Shown: in pieces, positions 29,611-45,801 of the stretch
Numbering within the stretch: position 1 is the first letter of the stretch
Layout: every line of letters starts with the position of its first letter
Assembly: GCF_009914755.1 (NCBI RefSeq)
Contig: NC_060941.1
DNA length: 64,000 nucleotides
Reading direction: 5' to 3' (one strand)
DNA from: the human T2T-CHM13v2.0 reference genome, Homo sapiens
Notes under the pieces: generated by a model
Told to the model about the DNA's origin: nothing
What the model saw: only the letters and a program-made list of their open reading frames with translations
Database searches by the model: none
Program-made: the position numbers and the translations under genes

Positions 29611-30553
29611 TGACACGTCTGTTGAATGGGACCTGTTTCATACCAGGCACTTTGTAGAGTTAGCTCATTTCATTTTCCCAACTATTTTTTTAAGATTAAA
29701 ATTATTGTCCCTATTTTGCAGATGAGAACCAGATCTATAAGACTCCAAAGCCTCCTCCTTCCCATGCATCGCAATGGCACTGATATGCTGAGTCGTGTGC
29801 TCGCCGAGTGACCAGCCAGCAGATCCCTCTCCAATAGGCTTGTCCTCCTCTCACTCCCGAGGCTGCTTTCGGCTTGCTCCGCGCTTGCCTTGGCCATTAC
29901 ATGGGGGAAGCCCGAGCCTCTCAGAACGTATCTGTACCTCAAGTGGATTGTTGCCTACCCCTCCCTATGGAGGCTTCTGAGCTAGAAAATACAGAGGTCA
30001 GATGATGGCCGCTGAGAACATCCAGCTCCATGGATGACAATCAAAGCAAGGGGGCTTTAAGTGCAGCAGGAGGAACTAGGATTAGCCCTGGGGTAGGACT
30101 TCTGCCCAGTGAGGGATGCTAAGTTGTAGGAATGAGATAGGGGAGGTTAGCGTGGAATTCCCTTCCAGAAGCCTTTAAGAATAAGCTAAATTTGCAACTG
30201 TCTGGGGCTTACTGCGGAGAATTAATGACGCCCCTTGTGACAGCCCTGCTAAACCTCCCTAGAAAACTACAAATCCATGATGTCAACTGGTCGTTAAACT
30301 CCATTACTCCAGGCTCTCTTTTCTTGACAAAATTTAATTTAGGCCAGTAGGTGGCGATAATTAAACAGCTGATTAAACAGGGCTTCTTCTAATCATGAGA
30401 GAATGCATTAAAAGCAATCTGGAAGGTTGCTTCTGGGAGCAAGAGGAGGAACCTTTCTGTGAATCCAGTGCTGATTGAGGTGCAATTAGCAGATCCACTA
30501 ACGGGATGCCTCTCCTGACTCTTAAGGATCTCCTAGGCTCCCACCGTGATCAC

Positions 30554-31209
<656 letters not shown>

Positions 31210-33509
31210 CCAAGTCCCCCTTTTCAAGGAGGTGTGGCCTGGAACAATCAGACCAAGGCCCATCTGCAGTTTCCCCCAGACTAGGGAGCTCTCCGGCTGC
31301 AGGGGAGAGGCCACTGATTCTTGATGTGTTCTTGCCTATTTCTTACACTATAACTTTTTTGAGGGCAGGGATTATGTCCATTTTGCACACCACCATACAA
31401 CCGGCACCTAATGCAGTGGATTAGTTATATGTAAGTAGAAGTTCACTATGTGTTGAACAAAGGAATGAATGAAGGTTAGGACAAGAGCTGGCCTTCATGG
31501 AGCTGTCCAGGGTTCTTACCAGTCCCTGACTTCCTTCGACGGATTGGTCTTTTGCTTTCTTGCCTTCCTCCCAGGGCTTTGCGGCAACACGACACAGAAC
31601 CTGTTCCTCGCATGTACTCACGGAATCACGCACCTCCTTGACAGTCTCACTGTGTCTGTGGCGGCCCCCAAACAGCCTGCTGAGCTAACTCCGAAAGAGT
31701 GGTTCTCTCTGCACAGAACCACTCGGGTTAAATGCCTCATTCTTCATCTGTGTCTATGGAGTTTTTAGTTCTGAATCCCAGTCCCTTCCATGTCACTACG
31801 GTTGAAGGATGTGTGGTAGGAAGTGGCACGAGAGGTTGCTGGAGGGGTGAGCTGGGGCCAGTCTGCAGGGGCTTAGGGCATGAATTCATGGGGCAGGGAG
31901 TGTGCCTTGCCCATCTCTGGGTGCTCAGTGTCCTGCACAGTTCCAGGCACAAAGTCAGCTCTCAATAAAAGGCGCATAATTTCTCATCGTGCAGGACTGT
32001 GCAAGGATATGGCACATGTGGACCTGGCTCTAAACTCACCCCCCTGAAATGTCTCAGTTGATATTTTCTGAGGAGTAGAAGACGAAGGATTGCTGTTTAC
32101 ATTTATTTCTTCTTTGTATTTGTTTACTCACATCTGGATTGGCTAAAAAAAACCCCGTTCTTGATTCTTCTATGTTGCTTCTTAGTATCTCAGACTATCA
32201 TATAATACAAGGCTAAGATAGGGAGGAGGGAGGGAAGAACTGGGGGAAAAAAAGGAGAAACTAGGGGAGTCAATCTAAGACCAAGATTTCAGTCTCTCAA
32301 ACAGGCTCTGGGGAACTGAAGTTTCTGCTCCCCAGCTCAGAAATCAGTGGGTAAAGAGATAAAATTTCAGAGCCATTAAAATAGATGAACCAAGAAGTGG
32401 ATACAGGGAGCCATTTGGGAAAATGACTCAAACCTTGCTCTGGTATGATTCAGGGAACTCTGATGTCAGTGCCCAATGTACAACTGCAGCAAAAACAGTC
32501 CCCAAGGCCTGGCACCACCAGGCACATCCTCAGGGCTCTGGGCTCATTCTCTCTCTTTGCACATCCTCAGGGCTCTGGGCTCAGCTTTGACCTCAGCACC
32601 ACCTTGGAAATGCACACAGACTGCAAAGCTCAATGCCAGGCCACGTATCAGGGGCCTGCAACCCTCATCCTCCCTCACAGTGCTCTGTCCCTAAGACAGC
32701 TCATTTCCTGTCCCTGGTCCTCCTCTCCATCCTCTCTGCTCATCATCATTTCTACCATGCATTACCCTGTAATTGCCTCTTAAACTTTCTCCCTGTCTCT
32801 GATCACACCCCTTCCAACACATCCTTCATGTAGGTAGTCAGAGAGACCTTTCTGGAACTCGTACCTCATCGTATCACACCCTTCAATAAACCCCTTCTAT
32901 GACTCCCCACTGCTGTGTGGTGCTCCAGGTCCTTTAGCTCTGGTACAAGCTTCAGGCCTTGTCTGTATCTTTCTCCCGACATGGTCTCCGTGTCAGCCTT
33001 GCCTTCTCGGCGTCTCCAGAACCACTGCGTTCTGCCACCCACTGGGTGCCTTTGGGAGACTGCTCCCTCTATCTGGGAGGCTTTCTCCGACTTGATAAAC
33101 TCCTCCTCCTCTATTCCAGTTCAGATGTCATCTCTTGCAGGAAGCCTTCTCCCATGTCCCCAGGCACAGTTCCTTCACTGGCCACACATAAATTATTTAC
33201 TTCTTGTTATAGCGAGCTGTGCACTATCTGTTACCCCTGTCCCCTGGACCACGAGTACTTTGAGAGCAAGAGTGATAGCTTATTTCTATCAGCATCCCCT
33301 TCCTCCCATTGCCCAGCAGAGTGCCTGGCACATATTTGATGCATAGTAAGTATTTGGAGAATTGTAAAATTAATTGAGCCCATAGGATGGACACAGAAGT
33401 CTGCCTCGTGGGGACAAACTCTTCAGTCTAGAAGGATGGAAGCTGAGAAAGGACACAACCGAACGCTATAAAACGCTAAGGAGAACAGAGAGGGGCACAT
33501 GAACTACGG

Positions 33510-34025
33510 GTGTCTGTTTTTCCAGTGGTCCCTCGGTTGGTCATTGCCCCTGGCTTTTAGATCCATCCCCCGTCTTTCTCCTGCAAGCTGTGTTTCCCAG
33601 GTTCCCTTGCCACGGGTGTTTGTCTAGGTTTGGCAGGAGATTGGAGCATGAGAGGAAGGGAGAGGTCAGGCCATTTCTCCTTTTCTCTCTGCTCTGGGTG
33701 GGGGAGGGCATTTTCTGGCCATGGCTGCATCTGGACAGCTGTTTCAGGTCCCAGCTGGATGGCCCCTCACACCACGGTCTCAGCATTTCCTGGCAATCTC
33801 TGCTATGGTTCTAGCTCGGGCTGGGTGGCCCTGGCTTCTCGGTTTTGGTAATATTGTCACCCCCGTGTCCTGCAGCTGTTGGAGGGGAAACTAGCCCCTG
33901 CTGTTGCTCATATTTGGGTGGCTTTACCATCTCTGCGTGGCTTCTTCATCTTTTTTATCCTCACTGTGGCCCGTCCTTCCTATCAAATTCCCTGTGATGG
34001 AAATACTAGAGTGGTTTCGGTTTTC
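33510..34025. mobile_element. LTR33-like ERVL LTR
   Basis: ggcaggagattggag...gaagggagaggtcaggccatttctcc and terminal agagtggtttcggttttccc; similar to the copy at 62.1-62.7 kb. Confidence 0.55.
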
Positions 34026-34880
34026 CCGACTAGATCCTGATCATCATAGTCTTCTTTCATCAGTCAGCTGAAGGTTCAGTCCTGGGGTTCCTAGACCAGC
34101 CTCTGCCCTGGGTTCTACCCATAGGGGTCTCTTGTCTTGGCCACAGTGTTCCTGCAAGCCAGCCATTGGTGGCCCTTATAAGCACCAGTGTTGCCTCCTG
34201 CAGCTATTTGCCTTATGATTCCCTTTCAGAGATTTCGGTGATCTGGATCCTTGGCTGAATCAATGCTTCTGTTGGTTCTTATGGAGGAGGATTCTGAATC
34301 CTGGCGGAGTGGGGTAGGAGGCTTTGTGCAAGACCACAACCCACATGTGGCCACTACTTCCAGGATGCTAATTACCTTCTGTGCCTTGACACTTGGAAGA
34401 AGAGTGTTTGAAACACATTCAGATGCTAGTAAACTCCAGCAATTCATTATGCCAAGAGCTGGTGCCAATAGGAAATATAAACCCTTCCTGAGAGGCTTGG
34501 CTGAACTCAACAATTGATCAGTGTAGGATGATTAAGGGAAATGAGTCTGTCATGCAGCCACCCCCCACTATGGAGCAGTGATAATGTGTCTTAGGGGACC
34601 TGGCTGGAGCCAGAACCGGGGCTGAGTGGACCAGAGGCTGACCCCCTGGTGGCTCTCACATCCCTTTGCAGGATGGCAGGAGGGTGAAGGGACTCCCCAA
34701 CCCTTGGTGGAGTTAAAGGTGTAGGAACTGAGGTGAGGGAACCAGGGCTGGAGAGATGGATGGGTCACTCCAAGGCAGCAGATGGGACCAGGTGAAACCT
34801 TTCCCAAGAGTGGAGAAATGAAAATACTTAAAGCTTCAGTTTGACAAGTATGTATGATAGAGGAGAAGAGAAAAAGCTAA

Positions 34881-35234
<354 letters not shown>

Positions 35235-35339
35235 AAGGGTGGACATTTCTATAAAGGTCATTGAGGAGATAGGATGGCAGGAGACAGGAATTCAACATGC
35301 AGGACACTGAGGCCCATTCCACAAGACAGGAGCCTGTGG

Positions 35340-35960
35340 CTTCATTTATGTAGTGCCTGTGTGTGCCAGGTACGTGGGAATGCAGAGGTGAAAAAGACAG
35401 TGCCTGCTCTTTGTGTGCTCCACAACTGTGGAGACTGAGAATAAAGGAGATGACCACAATTCAGTGTGGTATGGGCTCAGGTGTGTGGGCACACCAGTTG
35501 CTGTGGGGTTTAAAAGAGGAGCACCTGAGTTAAGGAAACTTGGGATGCCAGGTAAAGCTTCCAGGAGGAAGAGATTTCTGCATGGAGTCTTGAAGGAAAA
35601 ACTGTAGTTATGCAGGAAGAGGAAGCAGAGGGGCTGGTGAAGGCATCACAGCATCTGGAGAGTGGTACCCAAAGGCCTGGAGTGAGGGAGAGCTGGGTGT
35701 GTTTTGGGAGCTGGATGGGTGATGATGTGAGCAGAGGCTGGAGAGGCAAGTGGTGGTGGAGGTACCCTGGGAGGCCTGATGCTACTAGGAGTTTGGACTG
35801 GCCTCCTGCGAGTCATGTGGAGCTGTTGAAACAATATGCTGGAGGAGTGATACAGGGAGATTTATAGTTTAGAAAGATTCCCCTGGCTGCAACGGGGAAG
35901 TGTGATCAGAGAGGGTAAGACCGAGGCAAGAAGACCACACAGGTGGCACTTGTGATGGTT
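35340..35960. mobile_element. L2 fossil
   Basis: ttcatttatgtagtgcctgtgtgtgccagg...tttagaaagattccctggctgc, L2 3'-like. Confidence 0.55.
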
Positions 35961-38436
35961 CATGTGACAACTGCTTCCTACCAGCCCAGGCTATGCTGTG
36001 ACTCCAGACAGTCCAGCTATAACAACCAGGCAGAGGGAGCCTGTCCCATCCCTGACCAGGATCTGTGGGCCCTAATGGGGCTCACTCTGGCACGGAGAGA
36101 GGGACCTTGGGGAGCTGCTTTGGGAGCAGAAGTGGCAGAGAAGTCAGCTGGCCAGGCTCTGAGATGTGCCCTGTCTTCTGCAGCTGACCGCAGGGCCAAT
36201 GCGGTTTGACTCAGTGGGGCCAGTGCTTTGCAGGTGGAGGCAGAGATTTAACGGCTGCTGCTGCTGAGTTGTGAGAGTGAGGGTTTTTCGGGAATGTATG
36301 TGAAGGAGGCATCTCTATACAGCTAAATTCCTTTATTAACTTAATGAGTTTGGCTGCTTTCCTGGAAATGCAAGTGCCATTTGGCACCATCGCTGCTGCC
36401 TCAGAAAGGGTGTCATTACACTAAGAATCTGTAGGAACGTAGAATAGTGATAAACGAAGCTGCCTGGGAGATTACACAGCATCACGCAGGCTTCACAAGG
36501 GCTTTCAGAAGGGGGAGTGCTTTCACTCTGAGGTCAGTACCCAGTTAGGGGCTGGGAGTAGGGGTAGTAGAGACTCCAGTCATTATCTGGATAATCCAAT
36601 CAATGCAGGTAATGCTGCATAATATTGGGAGGGAGAATATTAGAATATTAAAGTCATTTTAAAGTTGAAATATAAACTTTAAAGGGGTCACAATACCTTC
36701 TAGCCCTTCTCTGTCTCCCGTGTGCTGAGCACCCTCAAATTGAGGTTTCTAAAGGCAGGACCCAAGTCTAAAGGCTTTGTTCTTTCTGTATTGCAGCCTT
36801 GCATCCGATTGTCCAGGTGGTTCCCAGACCCACTGACAGGCAGACTCGAGGCAAACTGTTTCTTCCAAACGCCTGACCAGATTTGGAACACCAGAGGCTG
36901 AGACTAGATCACTGGGTAAAGTGGGAACAGAAATCTCTTTTTCCATCCCTTTTGTTCGTTGGAATGGGAGGAGCCTTGAAGCTAGGGGGAGACTTGGGAA
37001 GTTATTGGGCTTTTGAATTTATAATTGTGAAATCCTCTTTCTCTGAATTGAGTTTGGACTTGAGAGTTGGTTATGAACGCTGTGTGACAAGAAAATTTTC
37101 CCAGACGATGTCAGCCAGCGGACTTTGTCTTTATTCACATGATGCTAAGTTCCCAGGAGCCATGGCTGCAGAGATGGGACCCAGTAGCCACAACAAGCTC
37201 CTCTTCCTGATCACCTGCTGTGCATAAGTCATTCTCTCTAATCCTCATAGCAAGCCTGTAATGGTGGCATTAGTCTTTTGCAGCTGAGAAGTGGGGGCTC
37301 AGAGAGGTTAAGACATTTGTGAAAGCCCACCCAGCTGGAAGGTGGTGAAGGTGGGATTGCACTCAGATTGTCTTAGGCCCAAACTGGTGCCTTTCCCCAC
37401 ACACCTCTCCTTGCCGACGGGCAAGGTGTATATTGGGGATCTGTGGACGTCAGGTTTGAGCTTAGCCTGGCTGGGAAAAGTGTCTGTGGTCCCTCCACCC
37501 ACTCTTGGCTCCTATCCCAGGCAAGGATTCCACATGGTTGGGTGCTTTTATAAAATTTTTATTTTTCAATTACATGCTCATTGCAACAAATCCAAACAAC
37601 ATAAAAGTGGATAAAGGAGGTGGAGAAGGACTGTCCTCCCCATTCCAGTTTGAGACCTTTTTCTTTGCTTCTGACACGTGGAGCTGAAGGGGTGGGCTCA
37701 GCGGCCAGATGGGCCGGTTCGATTCTGGGCTCCACTACTTGCTAACTCCACAACCCTGGGAAAATTACTTAACTTCTCAGTGCCTCAGTTTCTTCATCTA
37801 CAAAATGGGATAATAGTACTTATCTCAAGGGGTTGCTGTAAGGGTAAAATATTTAAATAATTGGCAAAGAATAAGCATTTAATAAATCATTAGTGATTTT
37901 TATTAAACATGGCTTTTAAAATCCAAAATGAGTATTAACACTCTACAGATTGTGTGGCAACTTCCTTTTTCACTTTACAATATGTTATAGACTTCTTTCC
38001 AAGTCTGTACATATGGCACCTTTTAACTGGTTGTGTAGAATTTTATTGGCAGGGATATACTATAATTTATTCATTCAGATGTGAATGCACATGGAAATTA
38101 TTTCCACTTTTTTTTTTTTTTACCATTACAACCAATGTTACACTTTGTGCCTCACATGGTCTTACTAATATTTCTGTAAGATAGAGTTCTGGAGCAAGAT
38201 CATAAGATTTTAGGGTATTTGTATTTTAAATTTGATTACATGTTTTACAATTCAACAGCATAAAAAGAAAACCTGTTTCCTCAACCTTCAAGAACACTGG
38301 ATTTACTCACTTTACAGCTGTTGGGTTAAAGAAATATCCAAATAACTTCACACAAGATGAAGATATTTATACAGATGGAAGTAAAGTTCTTACTTTACAC
38401 CATAGATGTGCAGACATGATATAAAAGAAAACAAAA

Positions 38437-38740
38437 GGCTGTGTGCAGTGGCTCAAGCCTGTAATCCCAGCACTTTGGGAGGCTGAGGTGGGCGGCTCAC
38501 GAGGTCAGGAGTTCGAGACCAGCCTGGCCAGCATGGTGAAACCCCGTCTCTACTAAAAATACAAAAAAATTAGTCAGGCATGGTGGCGTGTGCCTGTAAT
38601 CCCAGCTACTCAGGAGGCTGGGACAGGAGAATTGCTTGAACCCGGAGGTAGAGGTTGCAGTGAGCCGAGATCGCGCCACTGCACTCCAGCCTGGGTGACA
38701 GAGCAAGACTCCGTCTCAAAACAAAAACAAAAACCAAAAA
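38437..38740 (+). mobile_element. AluSg-like
   Basis: Alu consensus with A-rich tail. Confidence 0.9.
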
Positions 38741-40612
38741 ATAAACCCTCCAACCCCACAAAAAAATATGGCAAAAGACATAAAGTCCCTTCAGCACAAT
38801 TTTGAACTACAGATGAGCGTGTTTAGGGAGCACTCCCAACATTATTTAATCCTTACGACATCTACTCATTGTTACCCCCATTTCAGAGGTGAGAAAACTG
38901 AGGCATAGAGAGATTAAGTAGTTTGCTTAAGATCATGCAGCTGGTGCATGGCAGAACCTCCCTCATGTCAGGACCTGCTCTCCGGTCAGCCACACTACCT
39001 CCCTGTAGAGGTCCACATGTGCTTTGGACTGGAAGAAACTAAAGAGGCTTCAAGGAAGTGGAAACTTCATTAGCTCGAGGTGCAGAGCTCCGAGTGGTTC
39101 CATGCATTCTGCATGGCTTTAGATGATTTTCCCATCTGTGACGCAGAGGGGCTGAGCTGTAATAGGGAATCACTGGGGTGGACAGAGAGCATCTTGTCCC
39201 TCTCTGCGCCTTGGGATGGAGAGACTGGGAGGCAGGCAGCAGGATGGTTCATCTGCAGTTGGACTGCATTAGCATTCCCATATATTTATACAAATAGCCC
39301 CCAGCTCCTCTTGTGCTCATTTTCCATACATGCCTATCAGTGTAGTAAATCCTGAACACTTCTGCTTAAAAAAAAAACAAAAACAAAAACAAAAACCCAA
39401 CAAAATAGAATCAGTGCCTTTTGTGTTCAAAAGCTAAGTGTCTATAAATCAGACTCCTTGAATGAGAAGATGTATGTGGATTCATGAAGACAGGGCTTTG
39501 AATTATTTATCAAGAAGTGGTGCTACTTGGAACTTCAGGCACACTCAGCTCCACAACAAAACTGAGTGGCTTCTCAAGATGTCTTTGTGGACTTGATGGA
39601 GGATGACATGGATTTAAAGAATTAATTAGACATGGGGCTTCTTAGCATCTGGTACCTGCCCACATTTCCAATCCCCATATGCCCCAAGCTGCAGCCTCAC
39701 CCAGGCACTCAGATTCCTGAAACATCACGTTTGCACACACTGTTTTCTCTCCTTGGATGTTCCTCTCTTCTTAGCCACCCTGCATACTCCTATGCATCTG
39801 CCAAGAGCTAGCCTAAATGTCCCCACCTCTTTTTTTTTTTTTCGGAAATATTTCCTGCCTTCTCTTGTCAGGGTTACTAGCTGCCTTCTCTGTTAAGTCT
39901 GTCTAGATACAAAATACTTCAAGAGCATAGTTAGTTATGTCTACCTATCTGTCACTAGAACAGTGTCAAGCACATAGTCAAAATTTGGGTTGTCGAATGA
40001 GGGGATCATTTGATGTCAGTGAGGAGACAACCCTTCTTGGTCAGCACCACGTGTCTGGCATGCGATGATAATTTAATTTCAAGCACAATGTGTCTAATAC
40101 TTCTGTGAGTATTATCATCACAGAATAATACTTGATCTTATGATCAAGATGCTGAGGAAGATGCTTTACTGACTGCAGGTAATGCAAACCTGGAAGTGAT
40201 AATAAACACACTGAATGGCTATTCGGTATTTTAAAAAATGTGGATAGTTTGGCACACTTGACTGAAATTAACAAGATGCCACTGAATATGGATACAGTGG
40301 AGGTGTTACCAATATAAAGGTCTATGAATCAATGGCAGTTGGTGGCTGGTGTGAGGGAGAAGATTCACAGGTGACCAGGGTATTAAATAGTCCTCCACAT
40401 ATGCCACGGTCTTTCATACCCATTGGTGAGGGGAAGCTTAGGGTTTTGTCTGGGAAAAAGCAGGAATAGGTAGAGTTTGAGTCACTGAATCCTCTGTGTT
40501 TGTAATAATGCCTACCACTTAGTAGGTTCACAATAAATATTTGTTGAATTATGAATGAATACTCTAGTCACTTTGCATTTACTTTCTGCTTGCAGTATCC
40601 TATGCCTCCAAA

Positions 40613-40894
<282 letters not shown>

Positions 40895-41235
40895 CAAATT
40901 CTTACTAGTTCTTCAAAATTGAACTCAGAAGTTAACCAACTGTAGGGCACTTTCTCTAGTGGCTACTTCCCCACTGGGCTATTATAATACTCTCATTTAA
41001 AACATAGGACTTAATACACTGTGTGAATGCTATTTGTTTATAGCATTCACACAGTATAATATGTGTGATATATAGTATGGATCCCCCATAAAACTGAGAG
41101 CTTGGCAAAAGCAGGGGCTGGATTTGATCTCTAATCAACCAGTGAACTCCATATCATTGGTGCTCAATCAATGTTTGTGGACTGAATGACTGAGAAGCTC
41201 TGGCACATAATTTCCCTCAGAGCTCAGTGGTCTGA

Positions 41236-41655
<420 letters not shown>

Positions 41656-42985
41656 TAAGCTTCAATCATCCTTCAAGAGCTTTAAGAGCTTCTGACTCTA
41701 GATCTGTGCATTGAGTATGACATCACAGCTCTGTCTGAGACATTGGAGGTGGAAGAGTTCAGAGTTATGGCAGGGTCCCTGGCCTGGGGGCAGTGATATA
41801 GAGGAGAATGTTGCTGGAGTTAAGGAGGCTGGAGAACTGTAAGAGCAGGATGTCAAGAGTGATATCATCTTGGATGCTGAGTTCATCAAGGATGATATCA
41901 AGGGATGGAGTGTAGAGCACATTTTAAAGATCACTTCAGACTGAAAATTACAGAATGGTCCAACCTCAAAAACACTTAAGCAAGAGAAGGATAATTTGTT
42001 GGCTTCGAGTATCCTAGGAAGGGTAGATTAGTCAAGCTATGGGACAGTCAGGGAAGCAACTGGGTCTCAAGAACTATTGGAACCAGGGATTTTAACGCCA
42101 ACAGGTCTTTCACTGTATGTGTGTCTCTGTCCTTTTCTCTGTCCATATCTTGCTTCTTGGACATGTTTGTTTCATTTGCCGTTTCCATAATGAATCACTT
42201 TCTTCATGTGGCAGGACACAATGCAGTTCTGAGGTTTACTTCTTATAGCTTTAATCACCAAAGAGACTGACCTTCTGGGACACACATTTTAAAAATTCCC
42301 AGGGAAGAGATCCATTATCTCAGAGGGAGTGAGGTGCTCATTCCTTGACTAGGGCCCTCAATTTGTCACCAGGTAGGTTGGGGGAAGCGCTTGCAGAGTG
42401 AAGTTATTGTGGGAAGTGTATTCATTTAAGAGACATTCTTCATTTTATGATAGGAGATACAGCAATTGGGATGACTTTGGCTGCAAATAGGAGAAAACCT
42501 TACTCACACTGGTTTAAATAATAAGGAAATTTATTGGCTCATATAATGTGAAGCCCATGTGTACAATGGTCTTAGGTTAGCTTAATCCAAAGGCTCCAGT
42601 GTCCTTTTTTCTGCAATTCCCTCATCTGTACTCTCTTTTTGCTTAGTCTTTGTCTTCAGACTGCTTCCTTTTTGGAGGCAAAAAAGAGGTAGCAGTTTCT
42701 GGCTCCACATCCACACATAAAATCCAGAGGAAGAGAAATTGTCTGAAAGATTTTTCATAATAAAGGAAGCTTTATTCTCAGAATCTTCCAGCAAACCTCT
42801 CTGTGGTTTCATTGGCTTGAATTGGATCCCATGCCCTTTCCTGAACAAGTTGGTGGCTGGTGGATTTCGTGTGCTGACTGGCTCAATTCTATTCATCCCA
42901 GAGCCTGTGGCAAGGAGACTGGGATTATCCAGATTGGATTAGACTAATTAGAGGCCATCCAAAACACCTGAGTGCTGCACGGTAG

Positions 42986-43311
<326 letters not shown>

Positions 43312-43706
43312 TCAGTTAGCTTTTGTTGTGTAACAAACCACCTAAATTTTAGTTGCTTAAACTATCATTTGTTTATTACGTTCAGATTTTGTAGGTGAAC
43401 AATTTGGGCTGTGTTTAGCAGGATGGTTCTTCTGTTGGGCCTAAATCTCTCCTGCATTTTTGGTCAGCTCATAGGTCAGCTCGGGTTGTGGGGTTTATGA
43501 CATCTTTGCTGAGATGGCTGGGATGACTGGAGCCGCTCTTCCTCTGATTGTCTGAGGGTTCCAAGAGCCACAAGAGAGAACAAGCCCCAGGGCACAAACA
43601 CTTTCCAAATATCTTCTTGCCACACATTGCTATTGTCCCATTGGCTGAAGCAAGTCACACAGCAAGTACTGAATCAGGTAAGGGGAAGATAAGGGGATGG
43701 AGAAAG

Positions 43707-44012
43707 GGCTGGGTGTGGTGGCTCACACCTGTAATCCCAGCACTTGGGGGGCTGAGGTGGGCAGATCACTTGAGGCCAGGAGTTTGAGACCAGACTGGGC
43801 AATACAGCAAAATCCCATCTCTAAAAAAAAAAAAAAATACAAAAACTAGCTGGGTGTGGTGGCAGGCACCTGTAGTCCTAGCTACCAAGGAGGCCGAGGT
43901 GGGAGGATCACCTGAGCCTGGGAGGTTGAGGCTGCAGTGAGCTGTGATTGTACCTGTGTATTCCAGTATGCGTGACAGAGTGAGACCCTGTCTCAAAAAA
44001 AAAAAAAAAAAA
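43707..44012 (+). mobile_element. AluJ
   Basis: AluJ-type diagnostics (gggaggatcacctgagcctgggaggttgaggctgcagtgagc). Confidence 0.88.
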
Positions 44013-45087
44013 AGAAAGAGTGAACAAAGTTGGAGCCATAAACACAATAATCTACCCCAGTGAGGAGAGCTAACATTGGGAGAGAGCCACTGTTTCTACC
44101 CTAAGATGCAAATGGAAAGAGTGGTTCTAGAGAAGATGTGGAATGCAGAAGACTCTGATTCCAATACAACAGGAGCCACAGGGCACACTGTGTTGGAAGA
44201 AGTGTTTGGGCACAGTATATATCTGGAGAGGAGATGGCAGAGAGAGAAGTTTGCACTTAGGACCGAAAGTAAGGATGGAGGGAACAGTTCAACCTGGAAA
44301 CAGTGCCAGGCTTTGGACTAGGAATGCTGCCTGCTCCATCTTATTTGGTCCCTACAGCTGCAGGTGAGAAAATGGGCTCAGAGAGGTTAAGCAACATGCC
44401 CAAGGTCAAGGTCACACAGTGAGAAAGTGCGGATTTAAGCCCAATTGTCTGTGGATCTCAGGTGTGAAGGAAACAGGATTTGGCTGACGATGGCAGTGAA
44501 GGAGGGGGAGGGGAATGGGGTAAAGGAGTGCTGAAGTGCAGAGATCTGTGGCCCCAGCTCACCCCAATGTTGAGCAGAGTGAGCCTGGACCAAGACGCCT
44601 CTTTGCCAGCATGGAGTTCTGGACTGCAAGCTCCTGGGGCATGGACCTCATTCCTGTTCTAGTCCTCCTGCCCACAGCATCTAGCAGAGTTCTGAGACTC
44701 GGCACTGAGGGGCACATCCCATGTGCCCGGTGGTTTACTGCCGCTGTCTCACTTAGCCCTCCTAACAGCACGGATGTGGCATATGCCACTATTATCCCCA
44801 TTCTACACATGAGACAACCACGGCCTGGAGAACTAAGACACGTCTTTGTGTTTGCAGACTTAGTGAGTAGAGAAGCCAGGGCTTAAAGATGGGGCCGTGG
44901 AGCCCAAAGTTCATGCTCTGAAGTGCTGGCTAGGCTGCCTCAGGGAGGAAGCAGTGCACCAAAGGGAAGGGTGGCAGGAGGGGGAGAGCCTGGATATGGA
45001 AACCCTCACGGTGAGGGGTTTGACACGTCACCATTGAAAACATGTGAGGACTTATTACTACTCTCCAGGATTGGACTAAGTGTTTTC

Positions 45088-45383
<296 letters not shown>

Positions 45384-45432
45384 TGGATTAAGTGTTTTCT
45401 ATATCTTATTTAATCCTCAAAAATTACGTGGG

Positions 45433-45801
<369 letters not shown>

